From: an uncultured Bdellovibrionales bacterium
GTDB taxonomy: Bacteria; Patescibacteriota; Minisyncoccia; Moranbacterales; DUUL01
DNA length: 64,000 nt
Assembly: GCA_964556685.1 (NCBI GenBank)
Contig: CAZKWX010000001.1
Coordinates: 11,417 to 75,416, forward strand
Direction: 5' to 3'
Shown: in pieces, positions 21,105-29,441 of the stretch
Position numbering within the stretch: the stretch's first letter is position 1
Layout of the letters: each line of letters opens with the position of its first letter
Position numbers and translations under genes: made by a program
The notes under the pieces: generated by a model
What the model saw: the letters and a program-made list of their open reading frames with translations, nothing else
The model's database searches: none
Told to the model about the DNA's origin: nothing

Positions 21105-22907
21105 TTATAAAACATCCTTCCAAAAAAGCCTTTCTGTTTTTCCTGACCCTCCTTCTTCATCTGGAGCTAGCTCTTTTTCTTTTTTAGTTGGTAGTTTTTC
21201 TTTTTGGACTTCCAGCTGAAAAACTTCTAACTGTCCAATTTGTTTCGAATCAACTATTTTAGTATAAGGTTGAATTTTTTTGTTGATAGAATTCTTGCCG
21301 CCAGATTTTGTTACTAAAGCAAAAATAGTGTCGACATTTTCCAAGTCACTCGACCCTCCTGCATAGGAATAGTCTATTTCGTTTTGAAGGGAAAGCAAGT
21401 ACTTCGTTGGCAGCATGTATTCTGCTTTAGTGTTATAAATCAATGTCAATCCGGGATTATTTTTGAGCATATACTCAATAGCTTTTTCAAATTGGCCTAA
21501 GGTAACCCCATCTTGGTTTTTGAGAATCAGTGTTCGGTTAGTATCAAAACTTTTTTCTTGAGAAAGTTCGTTTTCCCTGAACCAAGCGCAGGTGCCGAAA
21601 ATATTTAATAATAAGAAAATTGCTGAAATGATAAAAATTAATGGAAGATAATTTTTCACCACTCTTTTTTCTAGTGCCGAAAACCAAAGAGCGATGATGA
21701 TAAATGGGATGGGGAAAACCGGGACAAAATAACGTGGTCTGAGCAGGTACGAAGTAGTAATAGTAACTAAAAAGAACAGTACTATCCAGATAATGAGCAT
21801 GAAAAGAAAGTTTTTATCATTCTGCTTTGATTTAACCTTGTATTCTTTAATGGCCAGATAAATACCAGAAAAAATGAAAAGTAATCCAAACCCAACAGTT
21901 ATGGGGTCAGCTTTGTGGCCTTTTCGGTGACTGAATGAAGTGGTGATCAGTGAATAACCCTTAGCTTGTTCGCGGAAATTTCGAATGATTTTCTTGTGGA
22001 ACTTTTTGTCCTTTGATTTGGCCTCGAAGGCACCAAAAAAGTTTTTAGTGTTTGAAAAATCAGTCTTGAAATCACTAATAATCACTGGGGAATAAATTAT
22101 TCCGAAAATTAAGAGAGTTGTCAAAACATAAAAAAGAGAATTTTTGGAAGAAAGGATGTTTTTAACGTTTCCTGATTGAGGTTTCACCGCGAGTACTCGC
22201 GGTGAAACCTCTCTTGAGCGGTCCCAAATATAATAAACAATGAAAACTACCGAAATTGCAATTAAAGCAAAGGCGGCATAAAAATGAAGTTGCGATGCGA
22301 CAGCAAAGGCAAAGGCCCAAAGAGCAATCCAGCCAATTTTTTTCCAAAGATTCTTATTTTCTTGTAGATGACGCACATGTGCGTCATCTACAGAAGAAAA
22401 ACGCAATAGAGCATAAATTGTCAATAGCATGAAAAACGGCACGGAATTTGGATTCCAGGAGAAACGGGAATACTGAATAATTAAGAAGGAAAAAGAATAA
22501 AGTAATGTGGCTAAAAGAGCTGGCACTGGCTTGAAATAGAGTCGCAAAAATAAATAGAAGAGTGGAATGACTAGAATCGAAAACAGCAAGTCTGGATAGG
22601 CAAAAACGTCAGGGGACGAAGATTTAAAAATCGCACCAGAGGTCCATTGCATGTAATAGTAGGCTGGTCCTAATCGCAAGAAATCTGTGCCACCAGTTTC
22701 AGTTGAGACTTTCGTAGCCCTTGGTCCCAATAGCGGCAAGTTTTCTGCTCCATTTTCAATGGCTGGTTTCAAAAGGGAAGCATCTCGTGCCTGGTCCCAC
22801 TTAAAAAACAGCCAATCATGATGTTGATAGGTTCGAACCCAAATTGCTCCGGCGATGATCAGAACAAGAGCAACGCCAACCCAGATTTTTGTTTTGTTGT
22901 TATTCAT
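21105..22907 (-). CDS. ArnT/PMT-like GT-C glycosyltransferase (third paralog, carrying two in-frame palindromes)
   Basis: DQARD, LPLLGP, SRFSWNPN and SQLH. Confidence 0.8.
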   Translation of the reverse strand: MNNNKTKIWVGVALVLIIAGAIWVRTYQHHDWLFFKWDQARDASLLKPAIENGAENLPLLGPRATKVSTETGGTDFLRLGPAYYYMQWTSGAIFKSSSPDVFAYPDLLFSILVIPLFYLFLRLYFKPVPALLATLLYSFSFLIIQYSRFSWNPNSVPFFMLLTIYALLRFSSVDDAHVRHLQENKNLWKKIGWIALWAFAFAVASQLHFYAAFALIAISVVFIVYYIWDRSREVSPRVLAVKPQSGNVKNILSSKNSLFYVLTTLLIFGIIYSPVIISDFKTDFSNTKNFFGAFEAKSKDKKFHKKIIRNFREQAKGYSLITTSFSHRKGHKADPITVGFGLLFIFSGIYLAIKEYKVKSKQNDKNFLFMLIIWIVLFFLVTITTSYLLRPRYFVPVFPIPFIIIALWFSALEKRVVKNYLPLIFIISAIFLLLNIFGTCAWFRENELSQEKSFDTNRTLILKNQDGVTLGQFEKAIEYMLKNNPGLTLIYNTKAEYMLPTKYLLSLQNEIDYSYAGGSSDLENVDTIFALVTKSGGKNSINKKIQPYTKIVDSKQIGQLEVFQLEVQKEKLPTKKEKELAPDEEGGSGKTERLFWKDVL

Positions 22908-23094
22908 TCTTGCTCCAGTCTCTGATTAAAATCGTTTTCTTTTCATCATCAACTTCCAATACGACTTTCTGTTTTTCTCTCCACTTCCATTTTCGAACAA
23001 TTTCAATAGGCAATGTTACACCATAGCTAGTTCCACTAGATGTTTTGGTGATTTTTCGAATGAAATGTTCTTCGATTTTTCTTCTAGTTTTCAT
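22900..23094 (-). CDS. AbrB/MazE/SpoVT-like small DNA-binding protein
   Basis: SYGVTLPIEIVRKWKWREKQKV..IRDW swapped-hairpin pattern. Confidence 0.75.
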   Translation of the reverse strand: MKTRRKIEEHFIRKITKTSSGTSYGVTLPIEIVRKWKWREKQKVVLEVDDEKKTILIRDWSKNE

Positions 23095-23102
23095 TTTTTT
23101 GC

Positions 23103-23126
23103 TCCACCTGAGATATCTCAGGTGGA
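23103..23126. promoter_or_regulatory. 24-bp perfect palindrome immediately upstream of the AbrB-like gene
   Basis: tccacctgagatatctcaggtgga. Confidence 0.55.
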
Positions 23127-23162
23127 AAATATTTTAATGCCTAAGAATGCCTTATTTTGGGG

Positions 23163-24626
23163 TTATTTAGAGGTCTTCTTTTTTAGGGAGTCACGAAACA
23201 TGGTCCAATCTTCTTGCTTGATTTCTTTGAAAATATACAAGAACAACAAATATACAGCAAATAAAATTCCGCCCCAAAGGATGAACATAAATTTTCCTTG
23301 AGGAAGAAAAGAGATGGCGATGAAATAAATCACGATACTAGCTAGAAAGTATTTTAGTAACTTTATATAGTTAATAAACTTGGCCACATTCTTCTGGGAA
23401 AAATAAATTATGACAAACATGACCAAAAGGGAAGTGATTGAGGTGGCGACAGCAGCTCCCATAATGCCATATTGCTGAATCAAAAAGAAACCTAGTATTG
23501 TGTTGGTGACCATGCCAGAAAAAGTGATCCACATTGGAATTCGATTCTTGCCAGCGCCATTGAGAACAAAAGCCAGGGCATAGAAAACCGTCAGGAATCC
23601 AACTCCAAAAGCAAGGATCTGCATTGGCAAATAAGCGGGAATGAAATTTTCGCCATAGAAAAACAAAACGGCCGAAGGTGCGAAAGCGGAGAGCAGAAAT
23701 ACAAAAGGAATCAGCAGCATGAACAAAAAGCGCATCGATTTGTTCATCAGATTTTTTGTTTCTTTGTTCAATCCTTGAGAAGTGGTTTCGGAAATTTTTG
23801 GCAGTAAAATTAAGGTGAGGAAATAGAAAAGATAGAAGGGAATGCGGGCGAGCGTGATGGCCGCGTTGTAGAATCCAGTTAGGGAGTCGTCTTGCAGAAT
23901 TCCTTTGACCATGAAGAGATCGATCGAAATCATGATCTCAAAGAATATCATGAATAAAGTTATTGGCCAGGCAAATTTGATCAGCTTTTTCCAAGTGATT
24001 TCTGATTTTGATTGTATATTTTTCGACTTTAGTTTTTTGTATGGATCAGCAATGAATGCGACGATGAACACGGCCAAAGGAGCCAAAAAGTGGCCCACAA
24101 CGGCTCCAGGGACTGCGAAAATCACAGCTAGTGGAATGATAAAGACCACCTTAGCAAAAGAGCGGAAAAACTTCAGGAATGCTTGTTTTTGGAATTGTTG
24201 AATGCCAACAAAATAATAGACATAGAAGCTGGCCAGAGCGAAAGCTGGGATGATGAGAGAGGAAAGCTGGAAAAGAGGCGTCAGAGTGGGGTCATTAAGA
24301 AGCGTGGCGAAAACAGGCGCCAAAAGGAAATATAAAGTGGTGACGACAACAATCAAAATCAATTGAACTGCCAAAGCATTTTTTCGAATGATGGGAATCT
24401 GATTTTTGTCTTTCTTGAAGATTTCACTCAGATATTTGCTCATTGAAATTGGCACGCCTCGGCCAATCAAAACCACAACCATGGTGGACAAGGTGATGGC
24501 CAAAGCATAGCGACCATAATCTGCCGGACCCAAAACCCGGCCCAAAACTGAGTGGACAATGTAACCAGAAATAGCAAAGGCCATTTCTGCTAGGAGCAAC
24601 CAAATTGAAGCACGGACTAGGGACAT
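23163..24626 (-). CDS. Wzx/MOP-family polysaccharide flippase
   Basis: GRVLGPADYG, IDLFMV, GFYNAA and YGIMGAAVAT; about 14 TM helices. Confidence 0.9.
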   Translation of the reverse strand: MSLVRASIWLLLAEMAFAISGYIVHSVLGRVLGPADYGRYALAITLSTMVVVLIGRGVPISMSKYLSEIFKKDKNQIPIIRKNALAVQLILIVVVTTLYFLLAPVFATLLNDPTLTPLFQLSSLIIPAFALASFYVYYFVGIQQFQKQAFLKFFRSFAKVVFIIPLAVIFAVPGAVVGHFLAPLAVFIVAFIADPYKKLKSKNIQSKSEITWKKLIKFAWPITLFMIFFEIMISIDLFMVKGILQDDSLTGFYNAAITLARIPFYLFYFLTLILLPKISETTSQGLNKETKNLMNKSMRFLFMLLIPFVFLLSAFAPSAVLFFYGENFIPAYLPMQILAFGVGFLTVFYALAFVLNGAGKNRIPMWITFSGMVTNTILGFFLIQQYGIMGAAVATSITSLLVMFVIIYFSQKNVAKFINYIKLLKYFLASIVIYFIAISFLPQGKFMFILWGGILFAVYLLFLYIFKEIKQEDWTMFRDSLKKKTSK

Positions 24627-24633
24627 CTGGAAT

Positions 24634-24683
24634 GTATTAGGTATTAATACTTTGTCATTCCCGTGAAGGCGGGAATCTATTAG
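24634..24683 (-). repeat. Family A half element plus AATACCTAATAC tail
   Basis: The reverse complement matches 55194-55252 (ctaatagattcccgcct..cgggaatgaca..taatacctaatac). Confidence 0.85.
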
Positions 24684-24899
24684 TCAGTGTTTTTTAAAGA
24701 CGTATTCTATATTAACAATAAAATCTTCTCCTTCTTCAATTATATCTATTTGTTTATCAATCACTTCATATCGCCCAGCCTTTTCAGAACTATCCTTTTT
24801 AAAGCTTAAAATATCTCCAATGGATAGAGGCATTCCTCCTTGAATAGAGACAACCTCTTCTTTTCCATCAATAATTATTTTTGTATTTTTCTTGATCAT
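24684..24899 (-). CDS. Small hypothetical protein
   Basis: 71-aa ORF directly after the kinase gene, with plausible composition. Confidence 0.6.
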   Translation of the reverse strand: MIKKNTKIIIDGKEEVVSIQGGMPLSIGDILSFKKDSSEKAGRYEVIDKQIDIIEEGEDFIVNIEYVFKKH

Positions 24900-24903
24900 T
24901 TTT

Positions 24904-25497
24904 CTAATTATTTATTACTGATTGGAGTTCTTCGAAAACTTCATCCCGGCTTTGTTCGCCATCGATCACAGTCATTTTCCACCGCTTACAAAAAATTCTG
25001 TAAAGCTTCCTTTTATCGTGCAGATAATCAGGGCTCTGATCAATCGATTTTTCACGATTAAGAACGGCATCGGGTGAAACGTCAATGAAAATATAATAAT
25101 CAGGCGGAACAATCTTTTTTTCTGCCGAGCCTAGCAGGCCTTTAATGTTTCTCTCACCCTCTAAGTAGAGGATGTTGACTATTTGATCATAGAAATACCT
25201 GTCGGTGATGACATAGTCGTTGCCAGCTTTTTCCAATCGATCATAATATTTTTTGAATCTCGTTAGGTCAATCAATAATCCAATTTTTCGCAAAAAGATT
25301 TTGAAAAACCCAGCCGAAGTAACCGACTTGCTTTTCTTGTCTTTCGGTCTTCTCCTTAAGGTGGTGTTAGCAATAGAAAAATCAAGCACGTGAAAATATT
25401 GAACGGTTTTTCCGTTTTTCTCGAGATCATCTTTGAGCCTTTCGACTTGAGTGGATTTTCCGGAACCATCAATTCCAGAAATAGAAATGATTTTCAT
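24904..25497 (-). CDS. Thymidylate-kinase-like P-loop kinase
   Basis: ISGIDGSGKST P-loop and TDRYFYD; lacks the canonical REP motif. Confidence 0.8.
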   Translation of the reverse strand: MKIISISGIDGSGKSTQVERLKDDLEKNGKTVQYFHVLDFSIANTTLRRRPKDKKSKSVTSAGFFKIFLRKIGLLIDLTRFKKYYDRLEKAGNDYVITDRYFYDQIVNILYLEGERNIKGLLGSAEKKIVPPDYYIFIDVSPDAVLNREKSIDQSPDYLHDKRKLYRIFCKRWKMTVIDGEQSRDEVFEELQSVINN

Positions 25498-26039
25498 TTT
25501 TTATATATTCTAAGCAAATAGGATGCTGCAAATAGCTGAATTGTACCCATGACAAAAAATAGCACTGTGAAAGATGAATAATTCACAATCAGCCCACCAA
25601 CAATAATAGCTATTCCAGCAATAATAATCCATACGCCTTCAGCTAGTCCCCAAGCAAAACCACTTTTCTTCCTAGTTGTGCTTTCTGCGTACAATGCATC
25701 CCAGGTAGGCATGATAAAAGCGGAACCGATGCCAATGCCAGCTTGAACTAACAGTAACTCAATCGGTGAGGAAACTAGCAAATACCCATAAGTAAACAGA
25801 GCTACAATAAAGAAACCAATAATCAGCAGTTTTTCTTTGGAGATGTTTTTATCTGAATATTTTCCAACTAAAATTGTTGTCAGTCCCATTAATATTAAAT
25901 AAACAGCCCAAGCCCATGAAATGTCTAATATGTTGCCTCCAACTTGCTGCCCGAAAACTGCAAAGAGGGGGCCGAGCATTCCTGCGCTCAATGACCATAA
26001 GCCAATGCCTATTAATAATGTTCTTCCGTTTTTGTTCAT
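25494..26039 (-). CDS. Half-size (about 6 TM) MFS-like transporter
   Basis: GKYSDKN (motif A-like); six hydrophobic segments. Confidence 0.75.
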   Translation of the reverse strand: MNKNGRTLLIGIGLWSLSAGMLGPLFAVFGQQVGGNILDISWAWAVYLILMGLTTILVGKYSDKNISKEKLLIIGFFIVALFTYGYLLVSSPIELLLVQAGIGIGSAFIMPTWDALYAESTTRKKSGFAWGLAEGVWIIIAGIAIIVGGLIVNYSSFTVLFFVMGTIQLFAASYLLRIYKK

Positions 26040-26071
26040 CGTCAATAAGGTAATACGAAACACCTATCTAT

Positions 26072-26198
26072 CCCTCCCCTTGGTAAAGGGAGGTTGGGAG
26101 GGGTTCGTCAGAATGTCAGGAGTCGCCGACCATTTTAACTAACTCCCCGAGCAAAGCTCATCCGCTTCGCTCCACTCCACTCTTACCAAGAGGGGGAA
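26072..26198. repeat. Family B empty inverted doublet
   Basis: Hairpin-GGGGTTCGTC / spacer aatgtcaggagtcgcc / ACTAACTCCCC-hairpin; near-identical to 47142-47283. Confidence 0.9.
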
Positions 26199-26226
26199 AA
26201 GAAATGAATTTCTCAATTTAAAATAG

Positions 26227-27717
26227 TTAATACATCAAAACTGCTACAGGCATCATTTTGGCAACCGGCTTCATGACGCCATTGGTTTTGAGGCCTTCAA
26301 TAGCTTTATCCGGATTTTTATAATGAGCTGCATCCTGTTCGATCACGCCTTTTGAGGCGGCGTTGTAGAGCTTGACTCCTCGACGATTCATTTTGTCAAA
26401 AAGCACTTTTTTATTTTCTGGCACTTCAGATGTTTTGGTTTTAGATTTTCCGGTGCCGTGAGCGGCCGAAAAGTAGGCTGATTCGTTGTCATTTGTCCCA
26501 ACTCCAAAGTAAGCTGGAGTGCTCATAGAAGAAGGCATGAAAACAGGCTCGCCAGTTTGGGCAAATTTTGTTCCTTGCATTCTTTCTGGTCCAAAGGCCC
26601 GGGTGGTGTTCTGACGGTGAATCATCAAATCTTTACCAAAGTGATTTTCTTTTTTTGCATAAACATGGTTCATGTCATAGATCAGATTCAGCGAATCTTT
26701 CTTGCCCAAAATTTCTTCGATGGTTCTCTTGAGATGAAATTGAATCATGGTTCGATTGGCAAAGCCCATATTGGAAGCAGCTCGGTGAGCTGTGAAATAG
26801 TTTCTTCCCAAATCGCTGTCGGCCTTGAAAGAGAAGAATTCTTTTTTGTCTTTATATTTAGGCACTTCGGTTTCAATTGTTCGGTGCCAATCGATTTTGT
26901 TGTTGAGGAAGAAAAATCGTCCCATTTCCAAAATTGCTCTTTGGCTCAGATGTTCCTTGATTTTAGGAGTATAAAAATAGCTGGCATATTGGCCAAATAA
27001 TCCTGATCCTGTGTGAATCCAAAAAACATATTGACCTTTTTTCAGGTTGAATTTTTGAGCAGCGTCTTCGTCTAAAACATCAGTAACTTTCATCAGATCT
27101 ACAAAGTGATTGCCAGCGGCTCCCAAAATTCCCAGGCGGAATTGCCCAAAACGGAAAAACCAGCGAGGGAGAGAATTGTACAAATCTTTTTTGGTCACTT
27201 TTTCATCTTCAAACATGTTGCCCTCAGAGTGGACATTCTTGAACTGCTCGACGTCATCTTGCAACCACTCAGAAAGTGCTCGAGAACCTCTTTGGCAGAT
27301 GTCTAAAACGACTCGAAGGGGAACATAGGTGCCAAAGTATGTTTTGGTAGGAATTACTTCAACTAATTTCTTGAAAAGCTCATCAATTTGTTCTTCTTTC
27401 AAATTTTCCTCGCTAAAGGGCGTGCTCATCAATCGCATCCCGCAATTTGGTGCGGTGTCTAAAAGTTGAGGCATGAAATGATTTTCTGTGGCTACCACAG
27501 TTCCTCCGGCATTTCTCCGGCCAGGCTTCTTATGAACATCAGTCATGGCTGCAACATGCGCAACTACGTAAGAATCAGATGCCACATCAACCAGCTGCCC
27601 TATGGTTTCATCATCAGGCATCAGTTCGTCAGAGACATGAAAAATCACCGGAACTTTTTGATTTCCTGAAGGCTGTAAAATTTTTTTATAATCAGATATT
27701 TTTTCGAATTGATTCAT
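26227..27717 (-). CDS. Divergent RtcB-family protein
   Basis: TDVH, NCGMRL, GNHF, IHTGS, HR..TRAF, PSSM, SAAHGTG and YKN align with RtcB motifs, but several are substituted. Confidence 0.85.
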   Translation of the reverse strand: MNQFEKISDYKKILQPSGNQKVPVIFHVSDELMPDDETIGQLVDVASDSYVVAHVAAMTDVHKKPGRRNAGGTVVATENHFMPQLLDTAPNCGMRLMSTPFSEENLKEEQIDELFKKLVEVIPTKTYFGTYVPLRVVLDICQRGSRALSEWLQDDVEQFKNVHSEGNMFEDEKVTKKDLYNSLPRWFFRFGQFRLGILGAAGNHFVDLMKVTDVLDEDAAQKFNLKKGQYVFWIHTGSGLFGQYASYFYTPKIKEHLSQRAILEMGRFFFLNNKIDWHRTIETEVPKYKDKKEFFSFKADSDLGRNYFTAHRAASNMGFANRTMIQFHLKRTIEEILGKKDSLNLIYDMNHVYAKKENHFGKDLMIHRQNTTRAFGPERMQGTKFAQTGEPVFMPSSMSTPAYFGVGTNDNESAYFSAAHGTGKSKTKTSEVPENKKVLFDKMNRRGVKLYNAASKGVIEQDAAHYKNPDKAIEGLKTNGVMKPVAKMMPVAVLMY

Positions 27718-27753
27718 TTATGCTATGATAATGAAAAAGAAAGGAGGTTTGTC

Positions 27754-27972
27754 ATGCAAGCACTTAATAATTTCTGCGCAAATTTATCTAAATTCTTTAT
27801 TTTTCCAATAGGAATGGTTTATCTGAGTTTATCATTCGCCTGCCAATCTCGAAGTGCAGGCTTAGGGTCTTGTATCGTGCTAAATTGCTACGCGACTGCC
27901 ATAATTGGCATACTTATAATGATCTACGTCGTATCACCGATGTACACTAGGTATCAAAGAGGGAAAAAATAA
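27754..27972 (+). CDS. Small two-TM orphan protein
   Basis: AAGGAGG SD before ATG 27754; downstream hairpin. Confidence 0.55.
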   Translation: MQALNNFCANLSKFFIFPIGMVYLSLSFACQSRSAGLGSCIVLNCYATAIIGILIMIYVVSPMYTRYQRGKK

Positions 27973-27993
27973 AATGGAAAACAAATATCAATC

Positions 27994-28021
27994 TTGAGGA
28001 CCCATGAATTCGGGTCCTCAA
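27994..28021. terminator. Hairpin between convergent genes
   Basis: ttgaggaccc-atgaattc-gggtcctcaa. Confidence 0.65.
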
Positions 28022-28024
28022 AGC

Positions 28025-29200
28025 TTATAGGCTCTCATAAACTTCAGCATACTCCTTAGCTGTTTTTTTTATGTCAAAATTTTCCTGGGCAAATTTTCTA
28101 GCATTAGAGCCGATTCGGTCTAGTGTGACTGGGTTGTTTTTTAAATATTCAATTGTCTTAGCCAAAGTTTCAGGATCGGCTTTGGGAACGATAACCCCAT
28201 TTTCTCCATCCCTGACGAACTCTTTTAAAACAGGCAGATCTGAAATAACAACAGCTCTTCCACAAGCCATCGGTTCAACGATAGCATAGGGAATGTCAAA
28301 TTTTCCTTCCATTTTACGCGCTGGGAAAATATTTAAATCAGTCGTATTAAAAAGTCTGGCAATGTCATTAAAATAGTCCAAAAACACCACCTGCTTATCA
28401 TAGCCCGATTTCTTCAGTCTTTCAATCACTGCCTCTTTCTTCTTTTTATCTTCAGGAGATTTTATTCGTACAGTCATAATCAGCTTATATTTCAAATCTT
28501 TTTTCCAAAGAATTTCCATCGCATCAATCACATCATCAACTGTTTTTTCATTCATCTTGGTGTATTCTCCAGTATACTGGAGAAGGAAATCTTCAGAAGA
28601 AAATCCCAATTCTTGAATCAGCTGCTCGTCTTTTGCTGTAGGGGAATATTCTTCTAAATCAATCCCGGGGTATATTGTAGCGGTATTCTCAATGCCTACC
28701 TTATTCAGTTTTTCTTCGGTGTGATTGGATTGAGTGATAACTTTATCAGTGAAGAAAACTTTTCTCAGTTTTTTATTATTCCCACATGTAGAGTTGAGAC
28801 ATTGCCTCGACTCTACGGATGGCAAGGCAGCTACGGTTTGGATGGTTTTGGCCTTAGAAAATGACAAACGTAGTTTTATCATGAATGAAGTCAAAGAGCG
28901 AGGAGTGAAAAGGAAGTGAATAGCGTCTGCGTTCAGCTTGAAGCGATAAAGTCTCATGAGCAATCTCAGCTTTGACCAAGCGCCGAATTTGGTGGAACTA
29001 TAAATTGGTTCTGGTTTTGCTTCGGCCAAATAGCCTTCCTTTTTCTCTTCTTTCTTTTTAATCTCCTTAGCAAACTCTTGGGTGGTCAACACTTCAAACT
29101 CAAAATCACCCTCAACATTTTGAGATAATTCATAGGCTAAATTTTTCGATGCCTCATCCCAGGGTGGAGCCAATGGGCGAGTGTAGAGGAGAATTTTCAA
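28025..29200 (-). CDS. GT4 glycosyltransferase
   Basis: IYPGID, EPMACG..VVISD and ENGVIVP. Confidence 0.9.
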   Translation of the reverse strand: MKILLYTRPLAPPWDEASKNLAYELSQNVEGDFEFEVLTTQEFAKEIKKKEEKKEGYLAEAKPEPIYSSTKFGAWSKLRLLMRLYRFKLNADAIHFLFTPRSLTSFMIKLRLSFSKAKTIQTVAALPSVESRQCLNSTCGNNKKLRKVFFTDKVITQSNHTEEKLNKVGIENTATIYPGIDLEEYSPTAKDEQLIQELGFSSEDFLLQYTGEYTKMNEKTVDDVIDAMEILWKKDLKYKLIMTVRIKSPEDKKKKEAVIERLKKSGYDKQVVFLDYFNDIARLFNTTDLNIFPARKMEGKFDIPYAIVEPMACGRAVVISDLPVLKEFVRDGENGVIVPKADPETLAKTIEYLKNNPVTLDRIGSNARKFAQENFDIKKTAKEYAEVYESL

Positions 29201-29291
29201 TTTCAGATTTTAAATTTATAATTTCAATTTTGTAATTAATCAGGTTTCGTTTCTTGAAGCTAAGCTTCGCAGCCGTTACTTTATGTAAAAG

Positions 29292-29319
29292 TTGACTTAG
29301 AATAAAATCTACTTATACT
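29292..29319 (+). promoter_or_regulatory. Sigma70-like promoter
   Basis: TTGACT-N16-TATACT, about 7 nt before the structured RNA candidate. Confidence 0.55.
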
Positions 29320-29325
29320 TGAGTT

Positions 29326-29441
29326 GGGCAGGATGGTTAGGTGACGTATACCTTTTACAGAGCGGACTTGGTCCTTTTAAAAGCTGTTAGGTGGGGACTA
29401 AGTTCGTTGTATATCAAACTTGGCCGTTCTGCCCATTTTTT
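29326..29441 (+). ncRNA. Candidate rod-shaped small RNA (~115 nt)
   Basis: The 5' and 3' ends pair (gggcaggatggttag/ttggccgttctgccc); inner 16-bp stem rich in G-U pairs; ends in a U-run; promoter upstream. Confidence 0.55.

Noticed and set aside
25494-26039. MFS pseudogene
   Set aside because: It has a clean six-helix unit and overlaps the next start codon, and no second half is nearby, so a genuine half-size protein is as likely.
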